Shown in pieces: positions 21,080 through 31,539 of a stretch of DNA of 64,000 nt. Source of the stretch: an uncultured Pseudomonadota bacterium. Lineage in GTDB: Bacteria > Oederibacteriota > Muellerivitia > Muellerivitales > Muellerivitaceae. The notes beneath the pieces were generated by a model. That model ran no database searches. It worked only from the letters and a program-made list of their open reading frames with translations, and was not told where the DNA came from. Every line of letters begins with the position of its first letter. The stretch's first letter is position 1. The stretch spans positions 160,001 to 224,000 of the forward strand of contig CAWJKT010000011.1 in assembly GCA_963843375.1 (NCBI GenBank). Reading direction: 5' to 3'. Both the position numbers and the translations under genes were made by a program.

Positions 21080-22528
21080 CTACTCCAGTTCTTCCGGAAC
21101 GGCTTTATGGGCAGCGGTAGTTTTTCTCAAGGGCAGTTCTTTCATGTAAAAGGAAAGCACCAGTGTCAAAACCAGGATCAAAGGGATGAGTCCAAAAATA
21201 TCTGCCAGGGCTGAGGCAATCCCGGCGCTTTGGCTTCGGGCGGTCAGGATGCTGCCGAAAACCGCCATTCCAAGGGAAGACCCGATGGCCCTCATGAAAT
21301 TGACCATGGAGGTGGCCGATCCTAAAAGACCCATGTGGACGGCGTTCTGCGTGGCCAGATTGTAGACCGGCATGCAAAGGGCCAGCCCCGCACCGATGAA
21401 GACGATGGCCGCGATCAACGCCGGATGGGTGGTCGAGGGGCCCAGCCGGGCCAAAAGAATCCCTCCAATGAGCGCAATAGCGGGTCCCAGGATGGCGAAT
21501 CTACGGTACCGCCCGGTGCGGGTGATCAAATGGCCCGTGACCGCCACCATGGCCATAAAGGTTATTGTGAAAGGCAAAAGGATGGCGCCACTGGTTTTGG
21601 CATTGGCGCCCAAGACCTGCTGAACGAAAAGGGGAAGGAAAAAGGTGACGCCGAACATCGATGCCGAAACCATGGCTGCCGACAGCAGTGAAATCGAAAC
21701 GATGGAATTCTTAAACAATTCCAGGGGCAAAATGGGGTGGGTGGCTTTGTTCTCAATCCATAGGAAGACGAGCCCGAAAAACAGGCCCACGGCTCCCAGG
21801 CCTAGCACCTTGGGGGAAAACCAGGGATGGTCTTTATCAATTCCGTTGAGCGCCATCAATAGCGGCACCACCGACGCCACTAGGGCCGCTACCCCGGCGT
21901 AATCCAGGCGAAAATCTCCCGGCTTGGTGTGCCGAATGTGGGGGGCAAAACGGGCCAACAAAGCGCAGCCTAAAATGCCGATCGGCAGGTTGACGTAAAA
22001 AACATAGCGCCATCCCGGCCCATCGGTTAAAAAGCCTCCCAACAGGGGGCCCATCACGCTCGACACCGCGGAAATGGGAACCAGTATCCCGATCACCCGG
22101 CCTCGCTGGGCGGGCGGAAAAAGGTCCGCGATGGTCGTAGATGCCGCGCAGGTCATGGTGCCGGCCCCCAGACCCTGCAGGGCCCGGCAGGCGATCAGTT
22201 CCGGCATGGTTTGGGCCAGGCCGCAAAGTACGCTGGCCATGGTGAACCATAGGATTCCGCCGAGCAGGAAATATTTCCGGCCGTGGATATCGCTGAGTTT
22301 TCCCATGATGGGCATGACCGCCGTTGAGGCGATCATATAGGCCGTTACCACCCCGGAGTAGCTTTCAAACCCTCCCAGGTCCCGCACGATTCGGGGCATG
22401 GCGGTGGCCACAATGGTCTGGTCCAACGAGGCCATGAACAGTGCCAGCCCCACGCCCGACATGGTGATCCACACATCCCGCCGGGACGGTTCAGCGTGTA
22501 CCAGCCTCTCGAATTTTTCTTGGCTCAT
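21080..22528 (-). CDS. DHA2/EmrB-type MFS drug efflux transporter
   Basis: LDQTIVATAMPRI, GKLSDIHGRK, GPLLGGFLTD..GWRYVFYVNLPIG. Confidence 0.95.
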   Translation of the reverse strand: MSQEKFERLVHAEPSRRDVWITMSGVGLALFMASLDQTIVATAMPRIVRDLGGFESYSGVVTAYMIASTAVMPIMGKLSDIHGRKYFLLGGILWFTMASVLCGLAQTMPELIACRALQGLGAGTMTCAASTTIADLFPPAQRGRVIGILVPISAVSSVMGPLLGGFLTDGPGWRYVFYVNLPIGILGCALLARFAPHIRHTKPGDFRLDYAGVAALVASVVPLLMALNGIDKDHPWFSPKVLGLGAVGLFFGLVFLWIENKATHPILPLELFKNSIVSISLLSAAMVSASMFGVTFFLPLFVQQVLGANAKTSGAILLPFTITFMAMVAVTGHLITRTGRYRRFAILGPAIALIGGILLARLGPSTTHPALIAAIVFIGAGLALCMPVYNLATQNAVHMGLLGSATSMVNFMRAIGSSLGMAVFGSILTARSQSAGIASALADIFGLIPLILVLTLVLSFYMKELPLRKTTAAHKAVPEELE

Positions 22529-22832
22529 TCTTAACCCACCTCGACTTTGAATTGTAGGCGAAACGGTGGGCAATTTCATGAAAGGATTACGATTTTCGGA
22601 AGAGAGTAATCTGGAAAAGGTTTGTGGGGAAATTTGAAAACAGACTAATCTCTTAAATGTTTCCTTCTCCACTCTGCGGTGCGGGAAGCCTGGTCCCTTG
22701 ATTCAGAAGTGATACCGGGAGAAGAAATTCGGCAAGTATTGAATCGCCTATTTCCATCCACTAATAGTCTTCATTTGCTTGGCTATACCCTGATGTGAAC
22801 TTATATTACTCAAAACTCAAGGGAGTCCACCC

Positions 22833-24377
22833 ATGTCCTTTCGAAATCATCTTTCGGTTTTCCGGCTCGGTTTCACGGCGTTTTTAATCGCACTAGTTCC
22901 CATGAACCTTCCCGCCCAGACGGCCACCCTAACTCCAATTGCGGATGCCTCTGATTTGGAGAATATCAGCTCGCCGGAGGTGGTTCGTCGCATGGGGCTC
23001 GGATGGAACCTGGGCAACACGATGGATTGCGCCGGGGACTGGATCAAGGGGCCGGAGGTCCGTAGTTTCGAGACCGCCTGGGGCAATCCGGAGACCACTC
23101 GAGGGATGATTGACGCGATCCAGCAAGCCGGGTTCAAATCCGTCCGGATTCCTGTCGCCTGGTCGAACCTGATGGGGGACAATTACACCCTCGATCCCGA
23201 ATTATTGGCGCGGGTCAAAGAGATCGTCGATTGGGTACTAGCCGACGGTATGATCGCGGTGGTCAACATTCACTGGGACGGCGGCTGGTGGTCCAAATTC
23301 CCAACGCATTATGACGAATCCATGAAGCGCTATACCCGGATGTGGTCGCAGATCGCGGGCTATTTCAAGAATGAGCCCGGCTCGCTGATCTTCGAGTCCC
23401 TGAATGAGGAGGGCTGTTTCAACGACGTCTGGAACCACTATGGGCCCGCCAATCCGGTCCAGAAACAAAAAGCCTTTGGGATTCTGAACAACATTAACCA
23501 GGCCTTCGTCGACCTGGTGCGGAAATCCGGGGGCCTGAACGCCAAACGCCACCTCCTGATTGCCGGATATGCGACGGATATTGATCTCACCTGCGACTCG
23601 GATTTTCTCATGCCGAAGGATCCGCAGAACCATTTAATCCTTTCCGTCCACTATTACACCCCCTACACCTTCGCCGGGCTGGAACATGACGAGTCCTGGG
23701 GCAAGGCCCGGCCGACCTGGGGTACGAAAGAGGACTATGCCGAACTGGCCACGAAAATGGGGATGCTGAAGCCCCGTTTTCTCGACCAGGGCATTCCGAT
23801 TATCGTGGGCGAATACGGCGCGACCCTGAAGGCCAAGGAACCCGAGAGCGTTCGCCGTTACATTTTGTCGGTTGCGGAGAAGATCTACCAAATGGGGATG
23901 TGTCCGATGTTGTGGGACCCGGGTTCGCATTTTGACCGGAAGACCCTGCAATTCAACGATCCCGAACTTTTGGCGGGGTTTCAGAAGATCGGCAGGGGCA
24001 AAAGTATCCCGGAGGCGGAATTGGATATAGCCCCAGCAGGCCCCGCCCCCTGTTTCTATTCCATTCCGGAGGATGTCCTTCAAGAAGCGAAAAAAAACGC
24101 CTCTTCCCGGGACGGGGGCGATTATGAAACAGCTTTTTTCTCCTGGGCCAGGGGAGACCTGGATGGGTTCCGGCGGCTTTGCACCATTGATACCCCGCAA
24201 AAAGAGGATTTCTTGATCGTTTTGAAAATCGAGCGAACGGGGTGGGTTTCCGGGGTTTACACCAGTCTGAACGACCCCATCGCGGCTTGTCTGGCGAGAA
24301 AATTGGCGACGGATAAATGTCCCCCGCCGCCTTTCGCTCCTTACGACGAACTCATTGACATGAGAATGAACCGGTAA
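22833..24377 (+). CDS. Glycoside hydrolase family 5 (endoglucanase-like) with C-terminal extra domain
   Basis: Signal peptide; GWNLGN, VRIPVAW, NIHWD, FESLNEE (acid/base), SVHYY, IVGEYG (nucleophile). Confidence 0.92.
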   Translation: MSFRNHLSVFRLGFTAFLIALVPMNLPAQTATLTPIADASDLENISSPEVVRRMGLGWNLGNTMDCAGDWIKGPEVRSFETAWGNPETTRGMIDAIQQAGFKSVRIPVAWSNLMGDNYTLDPELLARVKEIVDWVLADGMIAVVNIHWDGGWWSKFPTHYDESMKRYTRMWSQIAGYFKNEPGSLIFESLNEEGCFNDVWNHYGPANPVQKQKAFGILNNINQAFVDLVRKSGGLNAKRHLLIAGYATDIDLTCDSDFLMPKDPQNHLILSVHYYTPYTFAGLEHDESWGKARPTWGTKEDYAELATKMGMLKPRFLDQGIPIIVGEYGATLKAKEPESVRRYILSVAEKIYQMGMCPMLWDPGSHFDRKTLQFNDPELLAGFQKIGRGKSIPEAELDIAPAGPAPCFYSIPEDVLQEAKKNASSRDGGDYETAFFSWARGDLDGFRRLCTIDTPQKEDFLIVLKIERTGWVSGVYTSLNDPIAACLARKLATDKCPPPPFAPYDELIDMRMNR

Positions 24378-24531
24378 GATTTGAAAAGAACGGACAAAAT
24401 CATTGGCTGGTAATAATTAAAGTTATTTTGACTTTTTTCAAATTTTTTCCCTCCGGTTAAAGGCTCCAATTCTACCCAAGCGATAATTCGAATGTATAAT
24501 GCTGACACTTTGGATATTTGAAAGGTTTGTT

Positions 24532-25116
24532 ATGAAAAACCCCGTTCAGCGTCCCGAAAAATTTCCCGAAAACCTGATTCTGATCGGCATGTTCGGAAGC
24601 GGGAAGAGTACCATTGGAAAAATTTTGGCGGCCAAGCTTCGCTACCATTTCGTGGACGTGGACCATTTGATCGAAGCTAAGTTTAAAAAGCCCCTTCAAA
24701 AGATTTTAGATGAATTGGGAATGAAAAAATTCATGAAGATGGAGGATGAAACCCTTCAAGCGCTTCGGAACTGGCATTGCGTAATCTCGCCCGGGGGGAG
24801 CGCGGTTTATTACCCCAAGGGTATGAAACACTTGAAAAGTTTGGGACCTCGGATTTACCTCGAAGTTTCGCTGCCCACATTGTTGAAGCGTATCCCAGAT
24901 TGGTCCAATCGGGGTGTGGTTTGCCGGGGTGGCAACAGTTTGCCGGCTCTTTATCAAGAAAGAACTCCGCTTTTCCATAAATACACCGACCTTACAATCA
25001 AAACCCAAGGGAAATCTCCCGACAAAGTCGCCCAGGAGATACTCGTGGGGCTGGGCCGACCTGGGAAATCGGTTGGGCTGAAGCGAAAGATAAAAAAAGC
25101 TTCCAAGCCCGGCTGA
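24532..25116 (+). CDS. aroK: Shikimate kinase
   Basis: LIGMFGSGKSTIG, FVDVD, ISPGGS, ERTPLF. Confidence 0.85.
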   Translation: MKNPVQRPEKFPENLILIGMFGSGKSTIGKILAAKLRYHFVDVDHLIEAKFKKPLQKILDELGMKKFMKMEDETLQALRNWHCVISPGGSAVYYPKGMKHLKSLGPRIYLEVSLPTLLKRIPDWSNRGVVCRGGNSLPALYQERTPLFHKYTDLTIKTQGKSPDKVAQEILVGLGRPGKSVGLKRKIKKASKPG

Positions 25117-25153
25117 TTTATAATGAACTCCACCATTTATTAGGGAGTAGTTC

Positions 25154-26140
25154 ATGAAAACCGCGGTCATTGGTTCGGGGAATATGGGAACGGCCTTAGC
25201 CTGCCTTCTCGCCGACAACGGACACACTGTGACCTGTTGGGACCATATGCCCGAGGTCGTGGAAGATATCCGTAAAAACCATCAAAACTCGCGATATCTT
25301 CCTGACATCCTCCTTCCTTCCGGCGTGACAGCGGACCATCTTTTAAACCATGTGGTTCGGGAAGCCCAGATGATCTTGATTGCCACCCCCTCGCTTTTTT
25401 TTCGGCAGGTGGTGAAGGAATTTTCCCCTTTTTCCATGCCCCAAGCGGTCGTGCTAGGAACCTCCAAGGGGCTCGAGATCTCTTCCCAAAAAAGAATGAG
25501 CCAAGTTTATGCCGAGGCCGCGATGCATACCCCCGATCATTACGTGGCTGTTTCGGGGCCATCCATTGCCAATGAGTTTGCCCGAAAAAGAGCCACGGCC
25601 GTGGTCATCGCCGGAACCAACCACTTCTGTCTGCAGAAAGCCGCGGGGGCCCTGGCCAATCCTTATTTCCGGGTGGAAACCTCCGGTGACTTGCCGGGAG
25701 TAGAGTTGGGAGGGGTTCTCAAGAATATTTACGCCCTGGGTTTTGGCCTTTTGGATGGCTTGAATCATGGAAGCCCGAATCTCAAGTCGGCTTTTCTCAT
25801 CATGGCCCTCAAAGAAATGAAGGAAATCGCCGTGACGATGGGCGCCCAGGAAAAGACATTGGACGGCCTAGCGGGTCTGGGGGACCTGGTAACGACGGGT
25901 TTTTCTTCGGATTCCCATAACCGTAAGCTGGGAGAATATCTGGCCTCCGGGATAGAATATGAAAAAGCCATCGAAAAATTGGGTGGTGTGGTTCCGGAAG
26001 GCGTGCGGACTTTGGAAATGCTTTTGGAAAAGACCGGATCGGCAGTGGAAACCCCGTTGGCGCATTTGATCCAAACTTGTTTAAACCAGCCGGCAGCCCG
26101 AAGCAAGTTCGTGGATGAGGTTTGGAAGATCGTATCTTGA
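25154..26140 (+). CDS. gpsA: NAD(P)H-dependent glycerol-3-phosphate dehydrogenase
   Basis: GSGNMGTA, SKGLE, SGPSIA.E, GVELGGVLKNIYA, GLAGLGDLVTT, SHNRKLG. Confidence 0.93.
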   Translation: MKTAVIGSGNMGTALACLLADNGHTVTCWDHMPEVVEDIRKNHQNSRYLPDILLPSGVTADHLLNHVVREAQMILIATPSLFFRQVVKEFSPFSMPQAVVLGTSKGLEISSQKRMSQVYAEAAMHTPDHYVAVSGPSIANEFARKRATAVVIAGTNHFCLQKAAGALANPYFRVETSGDLPGVELGGVLKNIYALGFGLLDGLNHGSPNLKSAFLIMALKEMKEIAVTMGAQEKTLDGLAGLGDLVTTGFSSDSHNRKLGEYLASGIEYEKAIEKLGGVVPEGVRTLEMLLEKTGSAVETPLAHLIQTCLNQPAARSKFVDEVWKIVS

Positions 26141-26254
26141 AGGCAATCTTTTTAACGTTGAATTTTGAAAATTAGAATTTTTTAACCGAAGACTAAAAGT
26201 TTTCATTCGGTCAAAACTAAGAATAAAAATATATAATTTCGAAGGGTTGAAGCC

Positions 26255-26695
26255 TTGACGCTTGAGTTTGTTTCCCATTATCCCGAATGGCACCATGTAC
26301 TCTTTAAAGTAAAAGACGCGGATCAATCCATCCGTTTCTATAATGAGTACTTGGGAATGGACGCTGTTTTGGACCAGAAAGATGGAGATGGAAAAAGATG
26401 GGTCTGGATGAGGTTTAGCGAAAATCCATACGCCCCACTATTTGTCTTCGTGGAAGATACCCAGCTTAAAACCACGGTGGGCGCGGCCAATAGTTTGCAA
26501 CATTTTTCATTCCGCTTAACCGACATGAAGCCCGTGGAAGAGATCAGCACGAAGGCCAAGGCCGGCAACTGCCTGAAGGAACCGGCCAATTATGGCGGGC
26601 ACTTGAAAGGTTACTTTTGCCTGGTTTCGGACCCCGACGGGAATCTTTTGGAGTTTTCTTACAAGATTTCCCCCGCGTCGGGGAACCCTAGTTAG
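26255..26695 (+). CDS. VOC (glyoxalase) family protein
   Basis: HHVLFKVKDADQSIRFY..YLG, QHFSF, DPDGNLLEF. Confidence 0.88.
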   Translation: MTLEFVSHYPEWHHVLFKVKDADQSIRFYNEYLGMDAVLDQKDGDGKRWVWMRFSENPYAPLFVFVEDTQLKTTVGAANSLQHFSFRLTDMKPVEEISTKAKAGNCLKEPANYGGHLKGYFCLVSDPDGNLLEFSYKISPASGNPS

Positions 26696-26714
26696 AATTA
26701 AGAGAGGAGTTTTT

Positions 26715-28301
26715 TTGAGGTTCTCTTTCCCCAACACCTTCCGAAAAAACGCTTGGGTGTTTTCCCCTTCCGAACTGATGACCTCATTGCTTATCCTCGT
26801 GTTTTTGTTTTTGGCAATGGGAGCCTGCTTCGTCGAAAGGCTCGGGTCTGAAGCTGCTTTTCAACAGGCCCTCTTTTCCACCATCCTTTGGGGTGGATGG
26901 ATGTATTTCGTGGCCATCCGAAGGCCTCCGCCTTTTGATCTTTGGGGACTAATCCGGGGGTTGGCCCCCTGGTTTGGTTTAGTTCTCTGTTACAGTCTCA
27001 TGAAACCCCTGGTGCCGGTACTCCATCCGCAACTTTTTGACGCCGATCTTCATGGAGTGGACTTAAGACTCATGGGGCGGGGCCCTTCCCTTTGGCAGCA
27101 GGTCCTCCTGGGGCGGCCCCACCTGACTGATTTTTTTTCCGTTTGCTATTTGGGTTTGTTCGCCTGGCTTCTAGGACTTTTGGTTTTTCACAGTTATTTG
27201 CGGCGGGCCCTTTATCAACGGTTCATGCTCGGACTCATCCTGGTTTATATCGGCGGTTTTATGGGGTACCTGATTTACCCCGCTGTCGGCCCCCGTTTCG
27301 CCTATCCCCAGGAATGGACATGGCTCCAAGGGGGGGCGATCTTCAAGGGAGCTGAATTTTTAATTGTCAGCCTCGGAGCCCGGTTTGATGTTTTTCCCAG
27401 TCTTCATGGGGCCATATCGGCTTACCTTCTTTTCTGGCAAATGGCCCATGACCGCAGGTCGCTCATTTGGGGGGTGCCTCTCACGGTGGGCATTTGGCTT
27501 TCCACCCTTTTTCTAGGATTCCATTATCTTCCGGACTTGGTTAGCGGGGGACTGTTGGCCGCCGTCAGTGCGTGGATGGCTCCCCAAGTGGAGATTTTGG
27601 TAGGAGCATTCCGTCGAACCTTACATCCGCCAAGGGTCTGGCTGTTAAACCTAACCGAGGGCCATGGCGACAGTTACGGCAAATTGGCGGGTCGTTTAAG
27701 CGACCTTTTACCCTTGGGAGGGCAGACTTCCCCGGGATTTATCACCGGGGGTGTTCCCCGTAACCGGGGTGAAGAAGGGGTCCGGCAAGCCTTGAAGGAC
27801 TTGGGTGAGGGGCCCTTTTGGCTGAGACCTTCGGACGCCTCGGGTTCCAAAAAAAACACCCTTCAGGCCTTAAAACCTCTTTCCACCGAACAGATTATCC
27901 GCGCGGTTTTTAATCCCGTGGTCAAACGCCATTTCATCGTTCAAAAAGCCCTGAAAGTCTCGGCGGTTGGTCTTTGCCGATCCTTTCCCCCAAAGGGATT
28001 TAAACTGACGGATGTTGAAATTCGTGTGACCTCTTTGCCTGCCGGAGACGTCTTAATTTTGAGGCTGACCCCGCAACGAAACCTGTTTAAGGGTTTCATC
28101 GACACGCCTTGGAATTACTTCCCGTCCTCATTTCCCTTAAGAGGATTCGAGCTTTTTGACATGGTCAAGCTGACCCGTAAACTAGCGGCCCGTTGGCAGC
28201 AGTTTACGGAGGTGGAATGGATTTTGTCCGAAGGAAAGGTTTATGTGTTGGATGGCCGCCCGGTGCGTAGAGAAAACCCGGGAGGGGATTCCCCTGGTTA
28301 A
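26715..28301 (+). CDS. PAP2/Aur1-like membrane phosphatase/phosphotransferase fused to a degenerate PEP-synthase-like ATP-grasp domain
   Basis: YPAVGPRF, FPSLH and GFHYLPD motifs; C-terminal EVEWILSEGKVYVLDGRPV resembles the PPDK_N end motif. Confidence 0.7.
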   Translation: MRFSFPNTFRKNAWVFSPSELMTSLLILVFLFLAMGACFVERLGSEAAFQQALFSTILWGGWMYFVAIRRPPPFDLWGLIRGLAPWFGLVLCYSLMKPLVPVLHPQLFDADLHGVDLRLMGRGPSLWQQVLLGRPHLTDFFSVCYLGLFAWLLGLLVFHSYLRRALYQRFMLGLILVYIGGFMGYLIYPAVGPRFAYPQEWTWLQGGAIFKGAEFLIVSLGARFDVFPSLHGAISAYLLFWQMAHDRRSLIWGVPLTVGIWLSTLFLGFHYLPDLVSGGLLAAVSAWMAPQVEILVGAFRRTLHPPRVWLLNLTEGHGDSYGKLAGRLSDLLPLGGQTSPGFITGGVPRNRGEEGVRQALKDLGEGPFWLRPSDASGSKKNTLQALKPLSTEQIIRAVFNPVVKRHFIVQKALKVSAVGLCRSFPPKGFKLTDVEIRVTSLPAGDVLILRLTPQRNLFKGFIDTPWNYFPSSFPLRGFELFDMVKLTRKLAARWQQFTEVEWILSEGKVYVLDGRPVRRENPGGDSPG

Positions 28302-28347
28302 AGACAAAAGAGGGGCCTTTGGAATGAATTTCAAGCAGGATTGGAAG

Positions 28348-29016
28348 ATGAAAGAAAAAAAGAAACTTATCAATCCCAGGTGGAAATCCATTCTTGTTTT
28401 TGGCTTGTTTCTGCTCGCGGTCTTGTGGCAGGCGGGCTGCGTGGACATCAGCGACACAAAGGTACAGGTGGAGCCGCCGGGTAAAGTGGATCAATATAAC
28501 CGCAGCATCGTCGACCAATGTACGCCCCATGTTATGCCGCATCACTTGATCCAGGCCTCCATCAGCGCCGCTGTTCCCAATCTTCAACCGGGTTCCGGAA
28601 CTGTCCTCACCGATCAAACCAATTTCGACATCCTTTGGACTGACCTCACGGTTCAGCTGGACCAAAACCAGGTCATGACCCAGAATTTAAAACCCGTCAT
28701 TGATTGGACCCAGCAAGCCGTCTATGTCTACTATGTTTTAGTGGATTCTTCCTGCGAGAAGGTCAAACCCTATGGGGATGGAATGATCACCGATTGTTAC
28801 AACGTGACCGCGCAAATTTACAAATGGACGGAAGGAGAGGATTGTGGAAGTACCATTACCAGCTACCCGGTTTTGGTCTATATTTTCCCCAATGTCGACC
28901 TGCCGGTAGGCGTCCAATGGTTTGGCCCCACGGCGACATTCACCCCGACTTCCACCCCCACCTCGACCCCTTCTTCCACTCAGACGCCAACTCCTACAAG
29001 CGAAAACGACGAGTGA
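28348..29016 (+). CDS. Hypothetical lipoprotein-like protein with Thr/Pro tail
   Basis: Hydrophobic stretch followed by QAGC; C-terminal TPTSTPT repeat. Confidence 0.6.
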   Translation: MKEKKKLINPRWKSILVFGLFLLAVLWQAGCVDISDTKVQVEPPGKVDQYNRSIVDQCTPHVMPHHLIQASISAAVPNLQPGSGTVLTDQTNFDILWTDLTVQLDQNQVMTQNLKPVIDWTQQAVYVYYVLVDSSCEKVKPYGDGMITDCYNVTAQIYKWTEGEDCGSTITSYPVLVYIFPNVDLPVGVQWFGPTATFTPTSTPTSTPSSTQTPTPTSENDE

Positions 29017-29051
29017 GAAGGCCGCCGGCTCTCGGCCGCCCCCGGGGCCAA

Positions 29052-29510
29052 ATGCTTTTCAAGGCTTGGGCCAGGGGCTTCCTATTCTTGTTTTTGATTT
29101 TGGGATTTGGATCCAGCCGGGCGGCTAATGAAGTGGTAACGGTTCCCCTGGTGCTGGGCGATTACTACGCATGGGCCTATACCGAGGCATTCGAGGATCA
29201 TGCCGAAATTTACGGGTGGTCCACTGCTGGAGTGGACGCTTTGGGATGGTCCCTTTTTTTCGCCGCCAAGGATTACGATGCCGGGCTCTTCTTGGTGAAC
29301 CTGGCCGGGTGCGCGAAGACTCTGTACCCGGTCGTGACACTTTTGGGAGCCTCGGATAATTCAGTGCGCGAAAGGGCTTGGATCGCGGTGGGAACCCACA
29401 CGGCCACGCTCTTGACACTGGAATTGCTCGGGCGCCCCGCTGTAAATATTCAAACGACCATGGGTCCCCGGAAGGATGGTTTAGGGGTTGCTTATGTCCT
29501 TGGGTTTTGA
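29052..29510 (+). CDS. Hypothetical exported/membrane protein
   Basis: ATG ORF with signal-like N-terminus and hydrophobic helices. Confidence 0.5.
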   Translation: MLFKAWARGFLFLFLILGFGSSRAANEVVTVPLVLGDYYAWAYTEAFEDHAEIYGWSTAGVDALGWSLFFAAKDYDAGLFLVNLAGCAKTLYPVVTLLGASDNSVRERAWIAVGTHTATLLTLELLGRPAVNIQTTMGPRKDGLGVAYVLGF

Positions 29511-29540
29511 AAAAGTGGTAAGAATGAAATTAACGTTCGA

Positions 29541-30263
29541 TTAAGGTTGCGCCGTCTTTTGAATTTTCTCGTCCCCCATGAAAGTATGAATTCCACATTC
29601 AATCTTGCCCGTACCCGCCCAACGCCCCGAACGGGGGTCTTCTCCCAACTTGACAGGACGGGTGCAGTTTTCCGGAGAACAGCCGATGGAAAAATAGCCC
29701 TTTTCCCAAAGCGGATGATAAGGCAGATCATATTTTTTGGCATAGTCTCCCAACATTTTGGCCGTCCAATTTAAAAGAGGGCTTACCTTGACCAATTGGT
29801 CTCGATGGTTCTCGACGAATTTCGAGGATCTTCGGGTATCGGCTTGGTTACGGCGGATGCCGGTGATCCAGGCCTTATAATCCTTCAGTCCCTCCTCAAA
29901 GGGGGCAATCTTGTTCATGGCGCAACAGGCGTCCGGGTCCCGTTCATAAAGCTTTCCATATTGCTCCAGGAATCGATCATGAGGATTTTGAGGTTTTAAT
30001 TCCCGTAGGTTTAACTTGAGCCTGTTGACCAGAAGGTCCCGGTGTTCCAAGGTTTCCTTGAAATGGAATCCGGTATTGGTGAAGAGAACTGGAATATCCG
30101 GCTTGATTTGGGTCGCCAAATGGAGCAATACGGCGCTCTCGGCGCCGAAAGAGGTGGACATCGCCAAGTCAGACCCAAACTCACCCGCCGACCAACGGAT
30201 AATTTCCTCGGCAGTTTTTCCCTCGAATTCTTGATTCAGTTTTTCAAAGTCGTAAGTTTTCAT
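29541..30263 (-). CDS. cysH: Phosphoadenylyl-sulfate / adenylylsulfate reductase
   Basis: STSFGAES, TGFHFKET, CCAMNK, WITGIRR.Q, GYFSIGC..CT, RSGRW...KIECGIH. The CC and CxxxxC cysteines suggest the Fe-S APS-reductase type. Confidence 0.92.
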   Translation of the reverse strand: MKTYDFEKLNQEFEGKTAEEIIRWSAGEFGSDLAMSTSFGAESAVLLHLATQIKPDIPVLFTNTGFHFKETLEHRDLLVNRLKLNLRELKPQNPHDRFLEQYGKLYERDPDACCAMNKIAPFEEGLKDYKAWITGIRRNQADTRRSSKFVENHRDQLVKVSPLLNWTAKMLGDYAKKYDLPYHPLWEKGYFSIGCSPENCTRPVKLGEDPRSGRWAGTGKIECGIHTFMGDEKIQKTAQP

Positions 30264-30476
30264 GTTCCGTCCATTAGGTTCCATCTTACTCGTATAAACA
30301 TCATACGATTAGGGTCCTCTTTGGCAAAGGGGGGGATTAAGAAAGGTCTTCAAGGAAAATAGCCTCCTATAACCCCCGTTCTTATGAGAAACCGGCTTGG
30401 AATTTTCATTGACGGTCGGTTTTGTCCGTGGCAATCTCGGTCGTCAACGACAACCCCCAACCCAAGGAGAGGCCGA

Positions 30477-31505
30477 ATGAAATTTCAAAAGCTTATCCCA
30501 TTATTTGCGGTGTTTTTTTCCGCTTCGGCGGCAATGGCGGCTGTTTCCTTAAAAGGGAGCGGGTCCAGCCTGGCTGCGCCCATATATTCCCAATGGATTG
30601 AAGATTTCACCCGGGATCACCCGGACGTGAAGATAAAGTATGAAGCGAAGGATTCAGGTGAAGGAGTAAAGAAGGCCTTGGGCCATGGTTCGGATTTTGC
30701 CTCAACCGACACGCCGTTAACGGACCTCGAGGGACAAAAAACGATGAAGCGCACCATCCTTCATTTACCTGCGGCCTTAGAGGCGGTGGCCATCACCTAT
30801 AACCTCCCGGGGGTGCCGACAGGATTAAAGCTGACTCCGGGGGTCCTTTCCGACATTTTCATTGGCACGATCAAAAAATGGAACAACATCGCCATCAGGG
30901 AACTCAACCCGGGGATCGCCCTGCCGGACATGGATATTCGAGTGCTTCACCGCGAAGAGGAAAGCTCACTTCACGACCTTTTCCCCGAATATCTGGCGGG
31001 CTTGGATCCCCAATGGATGGCTAAACGGGAAAAAGACAAGAATCTGCACTGGCCCGCGGGTGAAAAGGTAAAGGGGAATGAAAAGGTTTTGGAAAAAATG
31101 CGACTCTGGCCCGGAGTGATCGCGGCTATTGATCTATCCTTCGCAAGTCAAAAGAGCCTTCCGATGGTGGCTTTAAAAAACACGGCGGGTCGTTTCGTGG
31201 CCCCGTCGGTGGATTCCCTTGAGGCGACAGTGTCCGATTTCCCCAATCTGCCGGAGGATTTTCAAGTCAACCTCACCCATTCCCGGGCGAAGGGAGCTTA
31301 TCCTCTCTGCGCCTTTTCCTATCTCCTGGTTTACCAGGATTACCTGGGGGTTTACCACGACCATAAGAAAGGCCAGGCCTTGATGGATTTTCTCAATTGG
31401 ATTTTCACCGATGGCCAGAAAAAGGAAAGAGACCTTTCCTACGGGCCCCTGCCGGAGGCTTTTCTTTCCCAGGTGCAGGACAAGCTCCAGACGATAAAAT
31501 ATTAA
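30477..31505 (+). CDS. PstS-like periplasmic binding protein with degenerate phosphate-binding motifs
   Basis: Signal peptide; YNLPGV...LKLT, IKKWN..I.ELNPG..LP, AYPLCAFSYLLVY. No pstCAB nearby. Confidence 0.75.
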   Translation: MKFQKLIPLFAVFFSASAAMAAVSLKGSGSSLAAPIYSQWIEDFTRDHPDVKIKYEAKDSGEGVKKALGHGSDFASTDTPLTDLEGQKTMKRTILHLPAALEAVAITYNLPGVPTGLKLTPGVLSDIFIGTIKKWNNIAIRELNPGIALPDMDIRVLHREEESSLHDLFPEYLAGLDPQWMAKREKDKNLHWPAGEKVKGNEKVLEKMRLWPGVIAAIDLSFASQKSLPMVALKNTAGRFVAPSVDSLEATVSDFPNLPEDFQVNLTHSRAKGAYPLCAFSYLLVYQDYLGVYHDHKKGQALMDFLNWIFTDGQKKERDLSYGPLPEAFLSQVQDKLQTIKY

Positions 31506-31539
31506 TCGAATTAATGGCGGGGACTTTCTCGATACCGGG

